Positions 1-10,510 are shown, numbered from the stretch's first letter. The stretch is DNA of 64,000 bases from Gemmatimonadales bacterium (GCA_048499805.1 JASNZF010000002.1:311882-375881), one strand, 5' to 3'. The notes: a model not told the origin generated them from the sequence alone. Made by a program: numbers and translations.

Positions 1-642
1 TCGGGAGACCCCTCCCCGGTCACGGCCTTCGGGGTCTACATGGGCATGAAGGCGGCGGCCAAGGTCCGGTGGGGCAGCGACAGCCTGACCGGCCGCACGG
101 TGGCGGTGCAGGGGTGCGGCAACGTCGCCTCGCATCTCTGCGGCCTGCTGCACGCCGAGGGGGCCCGCTTGATCGTGACCGACATCGACGCGACCAAGGT
201 GGCGCGGGTGGTGGACGAGACCGGCGCGGTAGCGGTGGCGCCGGAGGCGATCTACGACCAGCAGGCGGAGATCTACTCCCCCAACGCCCTCGGCGCGACC
301 CTCAATGACGACACCCTCAAGCGGCTCAAGGTGGAGATCGTGGCGGGCGGCGCCAACAACCAGCTCGCGGAGGAGCGGCACGGCCAGGTGCTCGAGGACC
401 GCGGGGTCACCTACGCGCCGGACTACGTCGTCAACGGCGGCGGCCTCATCAACGTGTACGGGGAGCTGCAGGGCTGGAGCGCCGAGCGGTCCCGGCGCAA
501 GGCCGGCGACATCTACGACACGACCCTCCGGGTCTTCGCCATCGCCGCGGAACAGGGGATCCCGACCTACCTGGCCGCCGACCGGCTCGCGGAGGAGCGG
601 ATCGCCTCGATCGCCCCGCTCCGGAAACTCTGGATCGGATAG
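1..642 (+). CDS. Glu/Leu/Phe/Val-family amino-acid dehydrogenase (leucine dehydrogenase-like), C-terminal part; 5' end outside window
   Basis: Reading frame is open from base 1 (SGDPSPVTAFGVYMGMKAAAK...). NAD-binding VAVQGCGNVASHL plus GGANNQL and PDYVVNGGGLINV motifs are typical of this family. Confidence 0.85.
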   Translation, partial: SGDPSPVTAFGVYMGMKAAAKVRWGSDSLTGRTVAVQGCGNVASHLCGLLHAEGARLIVTDIDATKVARVVDETGAVAVAPEAIYDQQAEIYSPNALGATLNDDTLKRLKVEIVAGGANNQLAEERHGQVLEDRGVTYAPDYVVNGGGLINVYGELQGWSAERSRRKAGDIYDTTLRVFAIAAEQGIPTYLAADRLAEERIASIAPLRKLWIG

Positions 643-675
643 ACGCCGGGCCGCAACGCCCGTAGATTGGAAGCC

Positions 676-1119
676 ATGGCGGAAACCATACCGATCGGCA
701 GCGATCACGCCGGCCTCGAGCTGAAGAACCGGCTGGTCGAGACGCTGCGCACGCTGGGGTACGCGCCGCAGGACGTCGGCACCTTCACCTCGGAGTCGAC
801 CGACTACCCGGACTATGCCCACCCGGTGGCCGACCAGGTCTCCCGGGGGGCCGCGGCCCGCGGCGTGCTGCTCTGCGGCACCGGCCTCGGCATGTCCTAC
901 GCCGCCAACCGGCACCACGGGGTGCGGGCGGCGGTGGCGTGGACGCCGGAGGTGGCCCGCCTGGCGCGCGAGCACAACGACGCCAACGTCCTGGTCCTCC
1001 CGGCACGGTTCCTGGGTGCCGACGAGGGGATCGCCATCCTGAAGGCCTGGCTCGACACCCCCTACGCCGGTGGTCGCCACGATCGCCGGATCGCCAAGAT
1101 CGAAACGGAGGACGCGTGA
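676..1119 (+). CDS. rpiB: Ribose-5-phosphate isomerase B
   Basis: IGSDHAG and [14 protein letters not shown] motifs of the RpiB/LacA/LacB family. ATG 676 is preferred over the in-frame TTG at 667. Confidence 0.9.
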   Translation: MAETIPIGSDHAGLELKNRLVETLRTLGYAPQDVGTFTSESTDYPDYAHPVADQVSRGAAARGVLLCGTGLGMSYAANRHHGVRAAVAWTPEVARLAREHNDANVLVLPARFLGADEGIAILKAWLDTPYAGGRHDRRIAKIETEDA

Positions 1120-2366
1120 CGCTGCGGCACAATGCCCCCCTGCGCGATGCAGACCCGGCGATTGCCAACCTGGTGAACCGGGAGCTGCTCCGGCAGCGTC
1201 ACGGCCTCGAACTGATCGCGAGCGAGAACTTCGCCTCCCGCGCGGTGATCGACGCGATCGGCACCCCCCTCACCAACAAGTACGCCGAGGGCTACCCCGG
1301 CAAGCGGTACTACGGCGGGTGCGAGGTCGTGGACGAGGTGGAGCGGCTGGCGATTGCGCGGGCGCTCCAGCTCTTCGGCGCCGACCACGCCAACGTCCAG
1401 CCCCACGCCGGCGCCCAGGCCAACTTCGCTGCGTTCATGGCGGTGCTGCCTCCGGGGGGATTGCTGCTGGGGATGTCGCTGCCGCATGGCGGCCACCTCT
1501 CCCACGGCCACAGCGTCAACCACAGCGGCAGCATCTGGCGCGCGACCCACTATGGCGTGAACCCGGCCACCGGCCGGATCGACTACGACCAGGTGCGGGA
1601 GCAGGCGCGCGCCGAGCGTCCCGGGCTGATCGTCTGCGGTGGCAGCGCCTATGCCCGGATCATCGACTTCCCGGCCTTCCGGAGCATCGCCGATGAGGTG
1701 GGCGCCACCCTGCTGGTGGACATGTCCCACTTCGCCGGGCTGGTGGCGGGTGGGGTCCACCCCTCGCCGGTGCCCCACGCCCAGATCGTCACCACCACCA
1801 CGCACAAGACCCTGCGGGGCCCGCGCGGCGGCCTGATCCTCTGCGTCGCGGAGCTGGCCAAGGCGATCGACCGATCGGTCTTCCCCGGCACCCAGGGCGG
1901 GCCGCTCGAGCACAGCATCGCCGCCAAGGCCGTCGCCTTCGGCGAGGCGCTGACCCCCGACTTCCGCTCCTACGCCCATCGCGTCGTGGCCAACGCCAAG
2001 CGGCTGGCGCAGGGGTTGACCGATCGCGGGTTCGCAATCGTCTCGGGGGGCACCGACACCCACCTGATGCTGGTGGACCTGCGGCCCAAGAAGCTCACTG
2101 GCAAGGCGGCCGAGGCGCTGCTCGGCGAGGTGGACATCACCGTCAACAAGAACACCATTCCCGACGATCCCGAGTCGCCGTTCGTGACCAGCGGGATCCG
2201 CCTTGGCACCCCGGCGCTCACCACCCGGGGCATGGGGCTGGCCGAGATGGACCGGATCGCCGACCTGGTGGACCGCGCCCTCACCGCCACCGGGGACGGG
2301 GACCGCCAGCGCGTCAAGGCCGAGGTCCGGGCCCTGGCCGACGCGTTTCCGCTCTACGGCGCATGA
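1116..2366 (+). CDS. glyA: Serine hydroxymethyltransferase
   Basis: GTG 1116 overlaps the rpiB stop. Contains [15 protein letters not shown] and [13 protein letters not shown] (PLP-lysine region). The upstream part of track ORF 939..2366 overlaps rpiB and is not coding. Confidence 0.95.
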   Translation: MTLRHNAPLRDADPAIANLVNRELLRQRHGLELIASENFASRAVIDAIGTPLTNKYAEGYPGKRYYGGCEVVDEVERLAIARALQLFGADHANVQPHAGAQANFAAFMAVLPPGGLLLGMSLPHGGHLSHGHSVNHSGSIWRATHYGVNPATGRIDYDQVREQARAERPGLIVCGGSAYARIIDFPAFRSIADEVGATLLVDMSHFAGLVAGGVHPSPVPHAQIVTTTTHKTLRGPRGGLILCVAELAKAIDRSVFPGTQGGPLEHSIAAKAVAFGEALTPDFRSYAHRVVANAKRLAQGLTDRGFAIVSGGTDTHLMLVDLRPKKLTGKAAEALLGEVDITVNKNTIPDDPESPFVTSGIRLGTPALTTRGMGLAEMDRIADLVDRALTATGDGDRQRVKAEVRALADAFPLYGA

Positions 2367-2752
2367 TCGAGCTGCAGTTCTCCCCGGAAGTCCTCGACCG
2401 GATCCGGGCGCGTGGCGATGCCTATCACGAACGGGCCTACCTGTTCGTCCTCGCCAGCATCGAGTTCCTGCAGTCGCGGCTGGCCCAGCGCCGCCATGTC
2501 AGCGGCGAGGAACTGGCCTGGTGCTGCCGGGATTTCGCCATCCGGCAGTTCGGCCCGATGTCGCGCACCGTGCTGGAGCACTGGGGGGTGCGGCGCAGCG
2601 ATGATTTTGGCCGGATCGTGTTCACGCTGGTGGAGGTGGGACTCCTCGTGACCCAGCCCGGGGATCGCGAGGAGGATTTCGCCGGACGCTACGACTTTGC
2701 CGAGGCCTTTGCCGAGGCACATGTCTGGTCCGGACAGCCCGGGCAATGTTGA
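2363..2752 (+). CDS. Conserved hypothetical protein, Minf_1886 (TIGR04138)-like
   Basis: ATGA overlap with the glyA stop. The stretch [52 protein letters not shown] resembles this conserved family, recognised from memory. Confidence 0.6.
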   Translation: MIELQFSPEVLDRIRARGDAYHERAYLFVLASIEFLQSRLAQRRHVSGEELAWCCRDFAIRQFGPMSRTVLEHWGVRRSDDFGRIVFTLVEVGLLVTQPGDREEDFAGRYDFAEAFAEAHVWSGQPGQC

Positions 2753-2786
2753 CGCGGCGGCGGACGCCGGGAAGGAGCGGTTGCGG

Positions 2787-2984
2787 ATGACGGAACGCAT
2801 CGATTGGCCCCACTGCCAGAAGTGCGATGGCGGCACCCTGATCCCCCTGTCCGACTACGGACGCGACGGGGCACCCATCACCTACAAGGCCTGGGTCTGT
2901 ACCAACCCCGACTGCGGGTTCAACCTCCGGATCGACAATGGAGAGATCAGCTTCGGGCGGACGATCGGGCAGTCCACGAAATGA
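2787..2984 (+). CDS. Small zinc-ribbon protein (65 aa)
   Basis: ATG 2787 is preceded by gaaggag (2771-2777). Two CxxC pairs (CQKC ... CTNPDC). The upstream part of track ORF 2697..2984 overlaps the previous gene. Confidence 0.55.
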   Translation: MTERIDWPHCQKCDGGTLIPLSDYGRDGAPITYKAWVCTNPDCGFNLRIDNGEISFGRTIGQSTK

Positions 2985-3107
2985 GCCGCGCCTGCGGGGG
3001 AGGGGGGAGGGGCGCCGCGGCATCGCGGGGGCTCCCCCTCGGCCGGGCGTGACCGGAGCCCGGCGAACACCCTCATCCGCTCGCAGCCCGCAGCTCCCTC
3101 TCCGCTG

Positions 3108-4664
3108 ATGCCCTCCATTCCCGTCCTTACCCCCGAGCAGGCCGGCCGCTGGGATGCGGCCAGCGAAGCGGCGGGCGTGCCGACCCGCGTTCTGATGGAG
3201 TCGGCGGGCCGGGCCGTGGCCACCGTGCTGGTCGACCGGCTGCCCGCCGCCTGCCGGCAAGGCGTCCTCGTGGCCGCCGGGACCGGCAACAACGGTGGAG
3301 ATGGCTGGGTCCTGGCGCGTGCGCTCCACGCCCTGGGCCTCCCCTGCTGGGTGGCGCCGATGCCGGGCGCCCCCTCGCCGCTGCACGCCAGCGTCGCAGC
3401 CGTGGCGCGCGCGGACGGGGTCCGCGAGGTGGCCCCGGACGGTCCCTGGCCCGCCGCCGGCGTCGTGGTCGATGCGCTCCTCGGTACCGGCGCGCGCGGC
3501 GCACCGCGGGGGCCAGTGGCCGAGGTGATGCACCGGATCGCCGACCTGCGCCTCCCGGTCGTCGCCGTGGACGGTCCCACGGGACTCGACCTGAACGACG
3601 GGGTCTCGCACGACGCGCTTCGCGCCGTCCTCACCATCACCTTCGGGGGATACCGCCGCGGCCACCTGCTCTCCAGGGACGACTGCGGCGACCTGGTGGT
3701 GGTGGACATCGGCTTCACCGCGGCCGCGCCAGAGTGGCCCACACTGGTGGGTGTGGACACGGTCCTTTCCCTCCTCCCGCCGCTGCCGACCCACGCCCAC
3801 AAGGGCACCCGCGGTCGGGTGGTGATCCTCGGTGGCGATGTCGGCATGTCCGGTGCCGCGCGGCTGGCCGGTCGCGCCGCCTTCAGTGCTGGTGCGGGCC
3901 TGGTGCATGTCGTGGCGCCGGCCGGGAGCGTCGCGATCCTCGCCGCGGCGGAGCCCGACCTCCAGACCCTGGTCCAGGATCTGGACGCACCCCTGGGCAC
4001 CCCTGCGGCGGCGCTCCTCGCCAAGGCCGATGCGGTCGTGATCGGGCCCGGACTCGGGCGCAGCCCGGCCCGCGGCGACCTGGTCCTCGAGGCGCTGCGG
4101 GTGGCGCGCCAGGTGGTGCTCGACGCCGATGGACTCACCCTCCTGCAGGGACGCCTCCCGGCCGTTGCCGAGGCCTGCGCCGGCAAGCGGGTCCTGATGA
4201 CCCCGCACCTTGGCGAGTTCCGGGCCCTCTTTCCCGCCGACTCCGCCATGGCGGCGGTGGACCCGTGGGGCTCGGCAGGGCGCGCCGCCGACGCGTCGGG
4301 CGCCACCATCCTCCTCAAGGGGGTGCCCACCGTGGTCGCCGCAGGTGGCGCGACCCCGGTGCTGACGATCGCCGCCGGCAATCCGGGCCTCGCGACCGGC
4401 GGGAGCGGGGATTGCCTGAGCGGGCTCGCGGCCACCTTCCTGGCGCAGGGAATGTCGAGTCGGGACGCCGGGGCCACTGCCGCGCTGGCCCTGGGGGGCA
4501 CCGCGGACCTGGCCGCGCGCCGGACCGGGGCGCGGGCGCTGCGGCCGATGGACCTCCTGGCCAGCCTGCCCGATCTCTGGCGGGAATGGGAGCGTCGGCG
4601 CGAGCAGCGCCCGATGCCGCGGCCGCCGATCCTGCACGAACTGCCCCTGCCGAGGCGCACCTGA
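3108..4664 (+). CDS. nnr: Bifunctional NAD(P)H-hydrate repair enzyme (epimerase / ADP-dependent dehydratase)
   Basis: N-terminal YjeF_N domain (GTGNNGGDG) plus C-terminal carbohydrate-kinase-like domain (HKGTRGRVVILGG, GNPGLATGGSGDCLSG). Confidence 0.9.
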   Translation: MPSIPVLTPEQAGRWDAASEAAGVPTRVLMESAGRAVATVLVDRLPAACRQGVLVAAGTGNNGGDGWVLARALHALGLPCWVAPMPGAPSPLHASVAAVARADGVREVAPDGPWPAAGVVVDALLGTGARGAPRGPVAEVMHRIADLRLPVVAVDGPTGLDLNDGVSHDALRAVLTITFGGYRRGHLLSRDDCGDLVVVDIGFTAAAPEWPTLVGVDTVLSLLPPLPTHAHKGTRGRVVILGGDVGMSGAARLAGRAAFSAGAGLVHVVAPAGSVAILAAAEPDLQTLVQDLDAPLGTPAAALLAKADAVVIGPGLGRSPARGDLVLEALRVARQVVLDADGLTLLQGRLPAVAEACAGKRVLMTPHLGEFRALFPADSAMAAVDPWGSAGRAADASGATILLKGVPTVVAAGGATPVLTIAAGNPGLATGGSGDCLSGLAATFLAQGMSSRDAGATAALALGGTADLAARRTGARALRPMDLLASLPDLWREWERRREQRPMPRPPILHELPLPRRT

Positions 4665-5611
4665 GCACGCTGGGTCCCGGTGCCGAGTTCGACCGGATCC
4701 GGGCGATCGCCCGGGTGCTCGGTCCGCGCGCCGCCGAGCTGGGCGACGACTGCGCCCTGGTGCCGCTGGGTGGGGGATTCCTCGCGATCAGCACCGATGT
4801 CAGCGTGGATGCGGTGCACTTCCAGCGGGAGTGGCTCTCGCTCCCCGAGATCGGCTGGCGCGCCTCGGCGGCGGCGCTCTCCGACCTGGCAGCGGTGGGG
4901 GCGAGTCCCGCCGGGATTCTCGTCGCCCTCACGGCGCCCCCGTCGCTGACGACCGATGATGTCGTGGCGCTCATGGACGGCGCGGGAGCCGCCGCGTCCG
5001 CGGTGGGAGCACCGGTGCTGGGGGGCGACCTCTCCGCCGGGGCGACCCTGCAGCTGGCCGTGACGGTGGTGGGTTCGACCGCGCGCTGGCTGGGGCGGGG
5101 TGGTGCGCGGGTGGGGGACGGCCTCTGGGTGACGGGCGCCCTGGGTGGGGCCCGGACGGCGCTCCTGGCATGGCAGGCCGGCGTGGATCCGGACCCCGAG
5201 GCGCGGCGGGCGTTTGCGCAGCCGACACCGCAGCTCCGGGCCGGGCAGTGGCTGGCCCAGGCCGGGGCCCGCGCGATGATCGACCTCAGCGATGGCCTGG
5301 CCGGCGACGCCGCGCACCTCGCGGCCTCCTCCTCCTGCCGCGCCCGGATCGATCTTGGGCGCCTGCCGCTGCACTCGTCACTGGCGGGAGGGAACCGGCA
5401 CGAAGCGCTCCTGACGGCGGCTCGCGGCGGCGAGGACTATGAGTTGCTCGTCGCCCTGCCCCCCGCCTTCACCGAGCGCGAGGCCGCCGGGATGACGGCG
5501 CAGACCGGCGTGCCGTTGGCCCAGGTGGGACGGCTCGAGGAGGGTGCGGGGGTGGGGCTCTTCCTCGAGGACGCCCCAGTGTCCCTGGAAGGGTTCAGCC
5601 ACTTCACATGA
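4586..5611 (+). CDS. thiL: Thiamine-monophosphate kinase (start uncertain)
   Basis: GAEFDRIRAI, GDDCALV, ISTDVSVDAVHF and GGDLS motifs of ThiL/AIR-synthase-like fold. No ATG or GTG lies near the conserved N-terminus. Candidate starts are ATG 4586 (79-nt overlap with nnr) or CTG 4661. Confidence 0.8.
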   Translation: MGASARAAPDAAAADPARTAPAEAHLSTLGPGAEFDRIRAIARVLGPRAAELGDDCALVPLGGGFLAISTDVSVDAVHFQREWLSLPEIGWRASAAALSDLAAVGASPAGILVALTAPPSLTTDDVVALMDGAGAAASAVGAPVLGGDLSAGATLQLAVTVVGSTARWLGRGGARVGDGLWVTGALGGARTALLAWQAGVDPDPEARRAFAQPTPQLRAGQWLAQAGARAMIDLSDGLAGDAAHLAASSSCRARIDLGRLPLHSSLAGGNRHEALLTAARGGEDYELLVALPPAFTEREAAGMTAQTGVPLAQVGRLEEGAGVGLFLEDAPVSLEGFSHFT

Positions 5612-6321
5612 TCCGTGCCATTCGGTTCATCCTCTCGGTGAGCATCCTGACGGTGGTGGTCGGTTCCCGGTTGGTGGTCCTGGCACTGCGGCGGGTCCGG
5701 CACCGGCCGGGTGACGCCTACGATCGCGTCAATCGGCAGTGGGCGGAGGGGATGCTGCGCTGGAACCGGGTGCGCGCGACGCTGGAGGGGGTCGAGCGCC
5801 TCACGCCGGGGCAGCCGTACGTCTTTGTCGCGAACCACGTGTCGCACATCGAAATCTGGGTGCTCCTGGCCCGGCTCCCGGGCAGCGTGCGGTTCATCTA
5901 CAAGCGCGAACTGGAACGGGTGCCGGTCTTCGGCCAGGCGATCGTGGCGTCGGGCCACATCCCGATCGACCGCCAGAAGCCCAACGCCGCCTTCGCCGCC
6001 TACAACGCCGCGGCCCGCCGGATCCAGGGGGGCACCTCGGCGATCGTCTTTGCCGAGGGGACGCGGAGCAGCGATGGCAAGCTGATGCCGCTCAAGAAGG
6101 GCCCCTTCGTGTTGGCGGTGGCGGCGCAGGTGCCGGTGGTTCCGGTGGCGGTCCTGGGCGCCTTCGAGAGCATGCCCAAGGGAAGCATATCCCCCAAGCC
6201 GGTGCCGATCACGATCCGGATTGGGGAGCCAATCCCCACCACGGGGCTCGGCTATGAGGATCGCGACCAGCTGAGCCGGCAGTGCCGGGCAGCCCTGCTG
6301 GCGATGGGGGTGCCCGAGTAG
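5608..6321 (+). CDS. plsC: 1-acyl-sn-glycerol-3-phosphate acyltransferase
   Basis: ATGA overlap with thiL. N-terminal TM helix, acyltransferase box NHVSHIEIW and FAEGTRS motif. Confidence 0.85.
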   Translation: MIRAIRFILSVSILTVVVGSRLVVLALRRVRHRPGDAYDRVNRQWAEGMLRWNRVRATLEGVERLTPGQPYVFVANHVSHIEIWVLLARLPGSVRFIYKRELERVPVFGQAIVASGHIPIDRQKPNAAFAAYNAAARRIQGGTSAIVFAEGTRSSDGKLMPLKKGPFVLAVAAQVPVVPVAVLGAFESMPKGSISPKPVPITIRIGEPIPTTGLGYEDRDQLSRQCRAALLAMGVPE

Positions 6322-8129
<1,808 letters not shown>

Positions 8130-8168
8130 GCCGGAAGGCCCGGACCGATACATTTCAGGGCTGTACTT

Positions 8169-8207
8169 GGCAGGGTAGCTCAGCTGGTTAGAGCACGGCA
8201 CTCATAA
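8169..8207 (+). pseudogene. 5' half of host tRNA-Met(CAU), ending in the anticodon loop (attL side)
   Basis: Carries the acceptor 5' strand, D-arm, anticodon-stem 5' strand cggca and loop ctcataa. Identical to 8321-8348 of the intact tRNA up to position 27. It is followed by non-tRNA AT-rich sequence (tgacgtgcctcatttttgg...) with no T-arm. Confidence 0.8.
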
Positions 8208-8320
8208 TGACGTGCCTCATTTTTGGACGGGTTCTCAACTCTTGTATTCACAATGGGTTGCCCTTAGGTTGATCGCCCCGGTGCTTGGTATGTACCACCG
8301 GCTGTACCATTGCAGTGCTT

Positions 8321-8394
8321 GGCAGGGTAGCTCAGCTGGTTAGAGCACCACACTCATAATGTGGGGGTCGCGGGTTCGAGTCCCGCCCCTGCTA
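8321..8394 (+). tRNA. tRNA-Met (anticodon CAU, elongator-like), intact, element-borne
   Basis: A 74-nt cloverleaf folded by hand: acceptor ggcaggg/ccctgct (G1-U72), D-arm gctc/gagc, anticodon stem ccaca/tgtgg, loop ctCATaa, variable gggtc, T-arm gcggg-ttcgagt-cccgc, discriminator a. No encoded CCA. Confidence 0.93.
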
Positions 8395-8402
8395 TTCCCA
8401 AG

Positions 8403-8429
8403 AAGCCCCTATCCCTCCGGACGGGGCTT
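8403..8429 (+). terminator. Stem-loop immediately downstream of the tRNA
   Basis: aagcccc (8403-8409) pairs with ggggctt (8423-8429) around a 13-nt loop, followed by a T-containing tail tgatgtt. Confidence 0.45.
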
Positions 8430-8476
8430 TGATGTTCTCCACCCGATGTATCCCCCGATCCTGCCCCGGAATCGGG

Positions 8477-8520
8477 CCGGACTTTCGCCCGGACTTTCGG
8501 CCGGTTGTTTCTGGACTTCT
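8477..8520. repeat. Tandem ccggactttcg repeats (2 full copies plus 1 partial) between tRNA and int
   Basis: ccggactttcg occurs at 8477-8487 and 8489-8499. A partial copy, tggacttc, is at 8512-8519. These are possible arm-type integrase or Xis binding sites. Confidence 0.4.
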
Positions 8521-8578
8521 GGCGCCCTGTCATGGGCTATTCCCAGGACTATCCCTGAAAACAGTCCAGCTCCGCCCG

Positions 8579-9700
8579 CTAGGCTCCCGTCGATTCGCCT
8601 GAACGCCGAGCTATGTCTTGGACGGCAGCGATCCGTTCCCAATCGATCATCTCCTGCTCGGTGGGCTGGAATCGCCCGTATACCCGAACTGCCATTGTGG
8701 TATCCGCGTGCCCCAATTGTCGAGCCACGACCTCGAACGAGGCCCCTGCCCGAACTGCACGGACAGCGTAGGTATGTCGAGCATCCTTTAGCTGATAGTC
8801 CTCAATGTCCAACGCCTTGCAGGCTTCTCGATGCTTGTCGCTAGCTGTCCATCGATTGATACCTGGGAATACAGGGGCGTTTGGCGTGAAGAGGGAGATG
8901 TGGCGTTCGACTGTCGGCCAAGCCCAGTCAGCCACTTTGGCGATTCTCTCACGGGCGTGCGTTTTGGTGCCCTTGGCCCAGATTTCACGGCGTACCGTAT
9001 CAAAGTGACGACGCTTCAGACCGATGGCGACTGAGACCTCCATCCCAGTACCATGCAGAAGCGCCGAGATCACATTGTAGGGACGGGGAAGCGCCTCGAC
9101 CAGCCTCAAAACCTCCTCATGTTCCAGGTACCGCATTCTCGGCTTGGCGGGCGGAGGTGCCTTCACCTCTCGCATTGGATTGCGTTCCAGCACCCCCACC
9201 GACTTGAGGTATTCGCAGAAGCCGGAGAGAGCGGCGTGATACTTTCTCTTGGTCGATCTTCCGACGCGGCGCGAGGACAACCATCCAAGTATCCTCTCGT
9301 GGGTTAGCGCCGACCGGGGAAACCGCTTCCCCTCAGGCAACAGTGACCGTACGTAGAGCCTGTAGTGGTCTCTTGTGTCGGGCGCTTTGTGTGCGGCGAC
9401 TACCCGCAACCAGTCCTCTACGTAGCTCTCCAGGTCAACATCTGACAGGCGTTGCCGGAGCCCATCGAGGGTTCCCGTGGTGTACGCGTCGAAAAGCTCA
9501 GGGACGCTTAGAGCACGCTCAGCGATGGGACTCAGGAACTCCCAGCAGCGTTTGCCACTCGGGCCGAGGTCGTCAATCATCCTCCCCATCGCCTTGGCAA
9601 CAGCCTTGTCGCGCGTTCCCGTGGTTCGCTTGGTCCAGATACCGCCGCGAGTTGGGATGCTCACGAACCAAGTGCGCCCCCGAAGGATGATGCTGCTCAT
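8579..9700 (-). CDS. int: Tyrosine recombinase / phage-type integrase
   Basis: Has an N-terminal SAM-like core-binding region. The C-terminal catalytic region has ARHTYAV (Arg II), LGHADTTM (His) and VRVYGRF (Tyr). The Box I position reads TGMEVSV instead of TGxRxxE. ATGA overlap with the upstream xis. Confidence 0.9.
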   Translation of the reverse strand: MSSIILRGRTWFVSIPTRGGIWTKRTTGTRDKAVAKAMGRMIDDLGPSGKRCWEFLSPIAERALSVPELFDAYTTGTLDGLRQRLSDVDLESYVEDWLRVVAAHKAPDTRDHYRLYVRSLLPEGKRFPRSALTHERILGWLSSRRVGRSTKRKYHAALSGFCEYLKSVGVLERNPMREVKAPPPAKPRMRYLEHEEVLRLVEALPRPYNVISALLHGTGMEVSVAIGLKRRHFDTVRREIWAKGTKTHARERIAKVADWAWPTVERHISLFTPNAPVFPGINRWTASDKHREACKALDIEDYQLKDARHTYAVRAVRAGASFEVVARQLGHADTTMAVRVYGRFQPTEQEMIDWERIAAVQDIARRSGESTGA

Positions 9701-9918
9701 GTACCGACCCGGGGCTTAGGATGGGCTAGGTGTTGGTTGGCATGGGCGACCAAGTCGCAGCGGCGGTACCGACGACTCCGACCAAGGCGGACGAACGGAA
9801 TGCCGCTCCCATACAGCCAGCTGGGGGACATCTTGAGGAATCGGGCAGCACCCTTGACCGAGAGGAACTCGTCAGGGCTATTGCCTTCGGAATCGGGATT
9901 GGGCATATTTGAGGGCAT
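9697..9918 (-). CDS. xis: AlpA/excisionase-family HTH DNA-binding protein
   Basis: LSVKGAARFLKMSPSWLYGSGIPFVRLGRSRRYRRCDL matches the HTH_17/AlpA pattern. Translationally coupled to int. Confidence 0.75.
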   Translation of the reverse strand: MPSNMPNPDSEGNSPDEFLSVKGAARFLKMSPSWLYGSGIPFVRLGRSRRYRRCDLVAHANQHLAHPKPRVGT

Positions 9919-9970
9919 AAGGGCTCGGCTCCGGAGGGACTTAGTTCCCCCCTGGTGGTTGACGTCTCTG

Positions 9971-10013
9971 GCGAGTTGCTTGTGTCCCCTCCAAGGTCAC
10001 GCAAGCAACTCGT
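9971..10013. promoter_or_regulatory. 11-bp perfect-stem hairpin between the small acidic ORF and xis
   Basis: cgagttgcttg (9972-9982) is the reverse complement of caagcaactcg (10002-10012), with a 19-nt loop. It could be a terminator for the upstream minus-strand genes or an operator in front of xis-int. Confidence 0.45.
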
Positions 10014-10020
10014 TTCGCTT

Positions 10021-10170
10021 TCACTCGGTCTCGTCGTCCTCGTCCTCTTCGTCGTCTACTGAGTTTGCATCGAGGCCCAACACCTCCCCGATGGAATCGT
10101 AGACTTCTTCCAGCTTCGCCCGATACTCGGCGTTCTCCAACTCAAGCTCCGCCTTGGTCGCCTGTCCCAT
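10021..10170 (-). CDS. Small acidic coiled-coil protein (49 aa), not in the ORF track
   Basis: My own translation: MGQATKAELELENAEYRAKLEEVYDSIGEVLGLDANSVDDEEDEDDETE. ATG is preceded by a strong SD (aaaggaggtgaagaac ATG). It lies 21 nt downstream of the 99-aa HTH gene. Confidence 0.55.
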   Translation of the reverse strand: MGQATKAELELENAEYRAKLEEVYDSIGEVLGLDANSVDDEEDEDDETE

Positions 10171-10191
10171 GTTCTTCACCTCCTTTCGCAT

Positions 10192-10491
10192 TTAGACTTC
10201 GCCTACCAAACGCCGTCCATTTTCCGCGGCAAACTTGCGGAGCCTGGAAACCCGGATCATAGAAACCCCATCCACCTCGTCTGCGAGTAGCCTCCGTGCC
10301 TTCACCCACTGGAATACAGCGACCCGGGAGACTGGGGGGTCGAACATTACGGCGGCCTCAGCTTGGGAGACGAATCCGTTTGCTGGGACAAGGCGGGTAT
10401 AGGTCCGTCCTCGCAAATTCATTTCGAACTCAAAGCCTCCATCAGGGGTCGGAAACGCCTCAAGGCTGTCTTCGGGGCGAGAGTATGCCAT
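10192..10491 (-). CDS. HTH DNA-binding protein (99 aa), probable element regulator
   Basis: VSQAEAAVMFDPPVSRVAVFQWVKARRLLADEVDGVSMIRVSRLRKF looks like an excisionase/MerR-type HTH. SD aggaag sits just upstream of the ATG. Confidence 0.6.
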   Translation of the reverse strand: MAYSRPEDSLEAFPTPDGGFEFEMNLRGRTYTRLVPANGFVSQAEAAVMFDPPVSRVAVFQWVKARRLLADEVDGVSMIRVSRLRKFAAENGRRLVGEV

Positions 10492-10510
10492 GGCTTCCTA
10501 GGGTGGGGGA

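Noticed and set aside
2882-5374. 830-aa minus-strand ORF, plus companion ORFs 2622..4637 and 4315..4974, antisense to nnr/thiL
   Set aside because: The translation is Arg/Pro/Gly/Ala-rich and low-complexity. It lies exactly antisense to two genes with strong family motifs. This is a typical stop-codon-poor antisense frame of very high-GC DNA.
8321-8394. The CAU tRNA could be an initiator tRNA-fMet or a tRNA-Ile2 (lysidine) substrate of the nearby tilS
   Set aside because: An initiator is unlikely because position 1:72 is paired (G-U) and there is no run of three G-C pairs at the bottom of the anticodon stem. The sequence around the anticodon arm resembles elongator tRNA-Met. Ile2 identity cannot be excluded by eye, so the feature is called tRNA-Met(CAU) with that caveat. 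The tilS proximity (33 kb away) is probably coincidental.
8364-8395. 32-nt exact direct repeat (8364-8395 and 18558-18589), read as the classical att repeat of a 3'-end tRNA integration with P2 as the target tRNA
   Set aside because: That model does not explain the orphan 5' tRNA half at 8169-8207. It also does not explain why the stem strand of that half (cggca) is perfectly complementary to the stem strand in the distant 3' fragment (tgccg) but not to P2. I read the repeat as simply the shared T-arm and acceptor of two near-identical tRNAs. It is kept as the alternative hypothesis in the findings.
8359-8844. 161-aa + strand ORF starting inside the tRNA and running antisense into int
   Set aside because: It overlaps a tRNA gene and the integrase 3' end. 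The composition is Pro/Arg/Ser-rich and it has no RBS.
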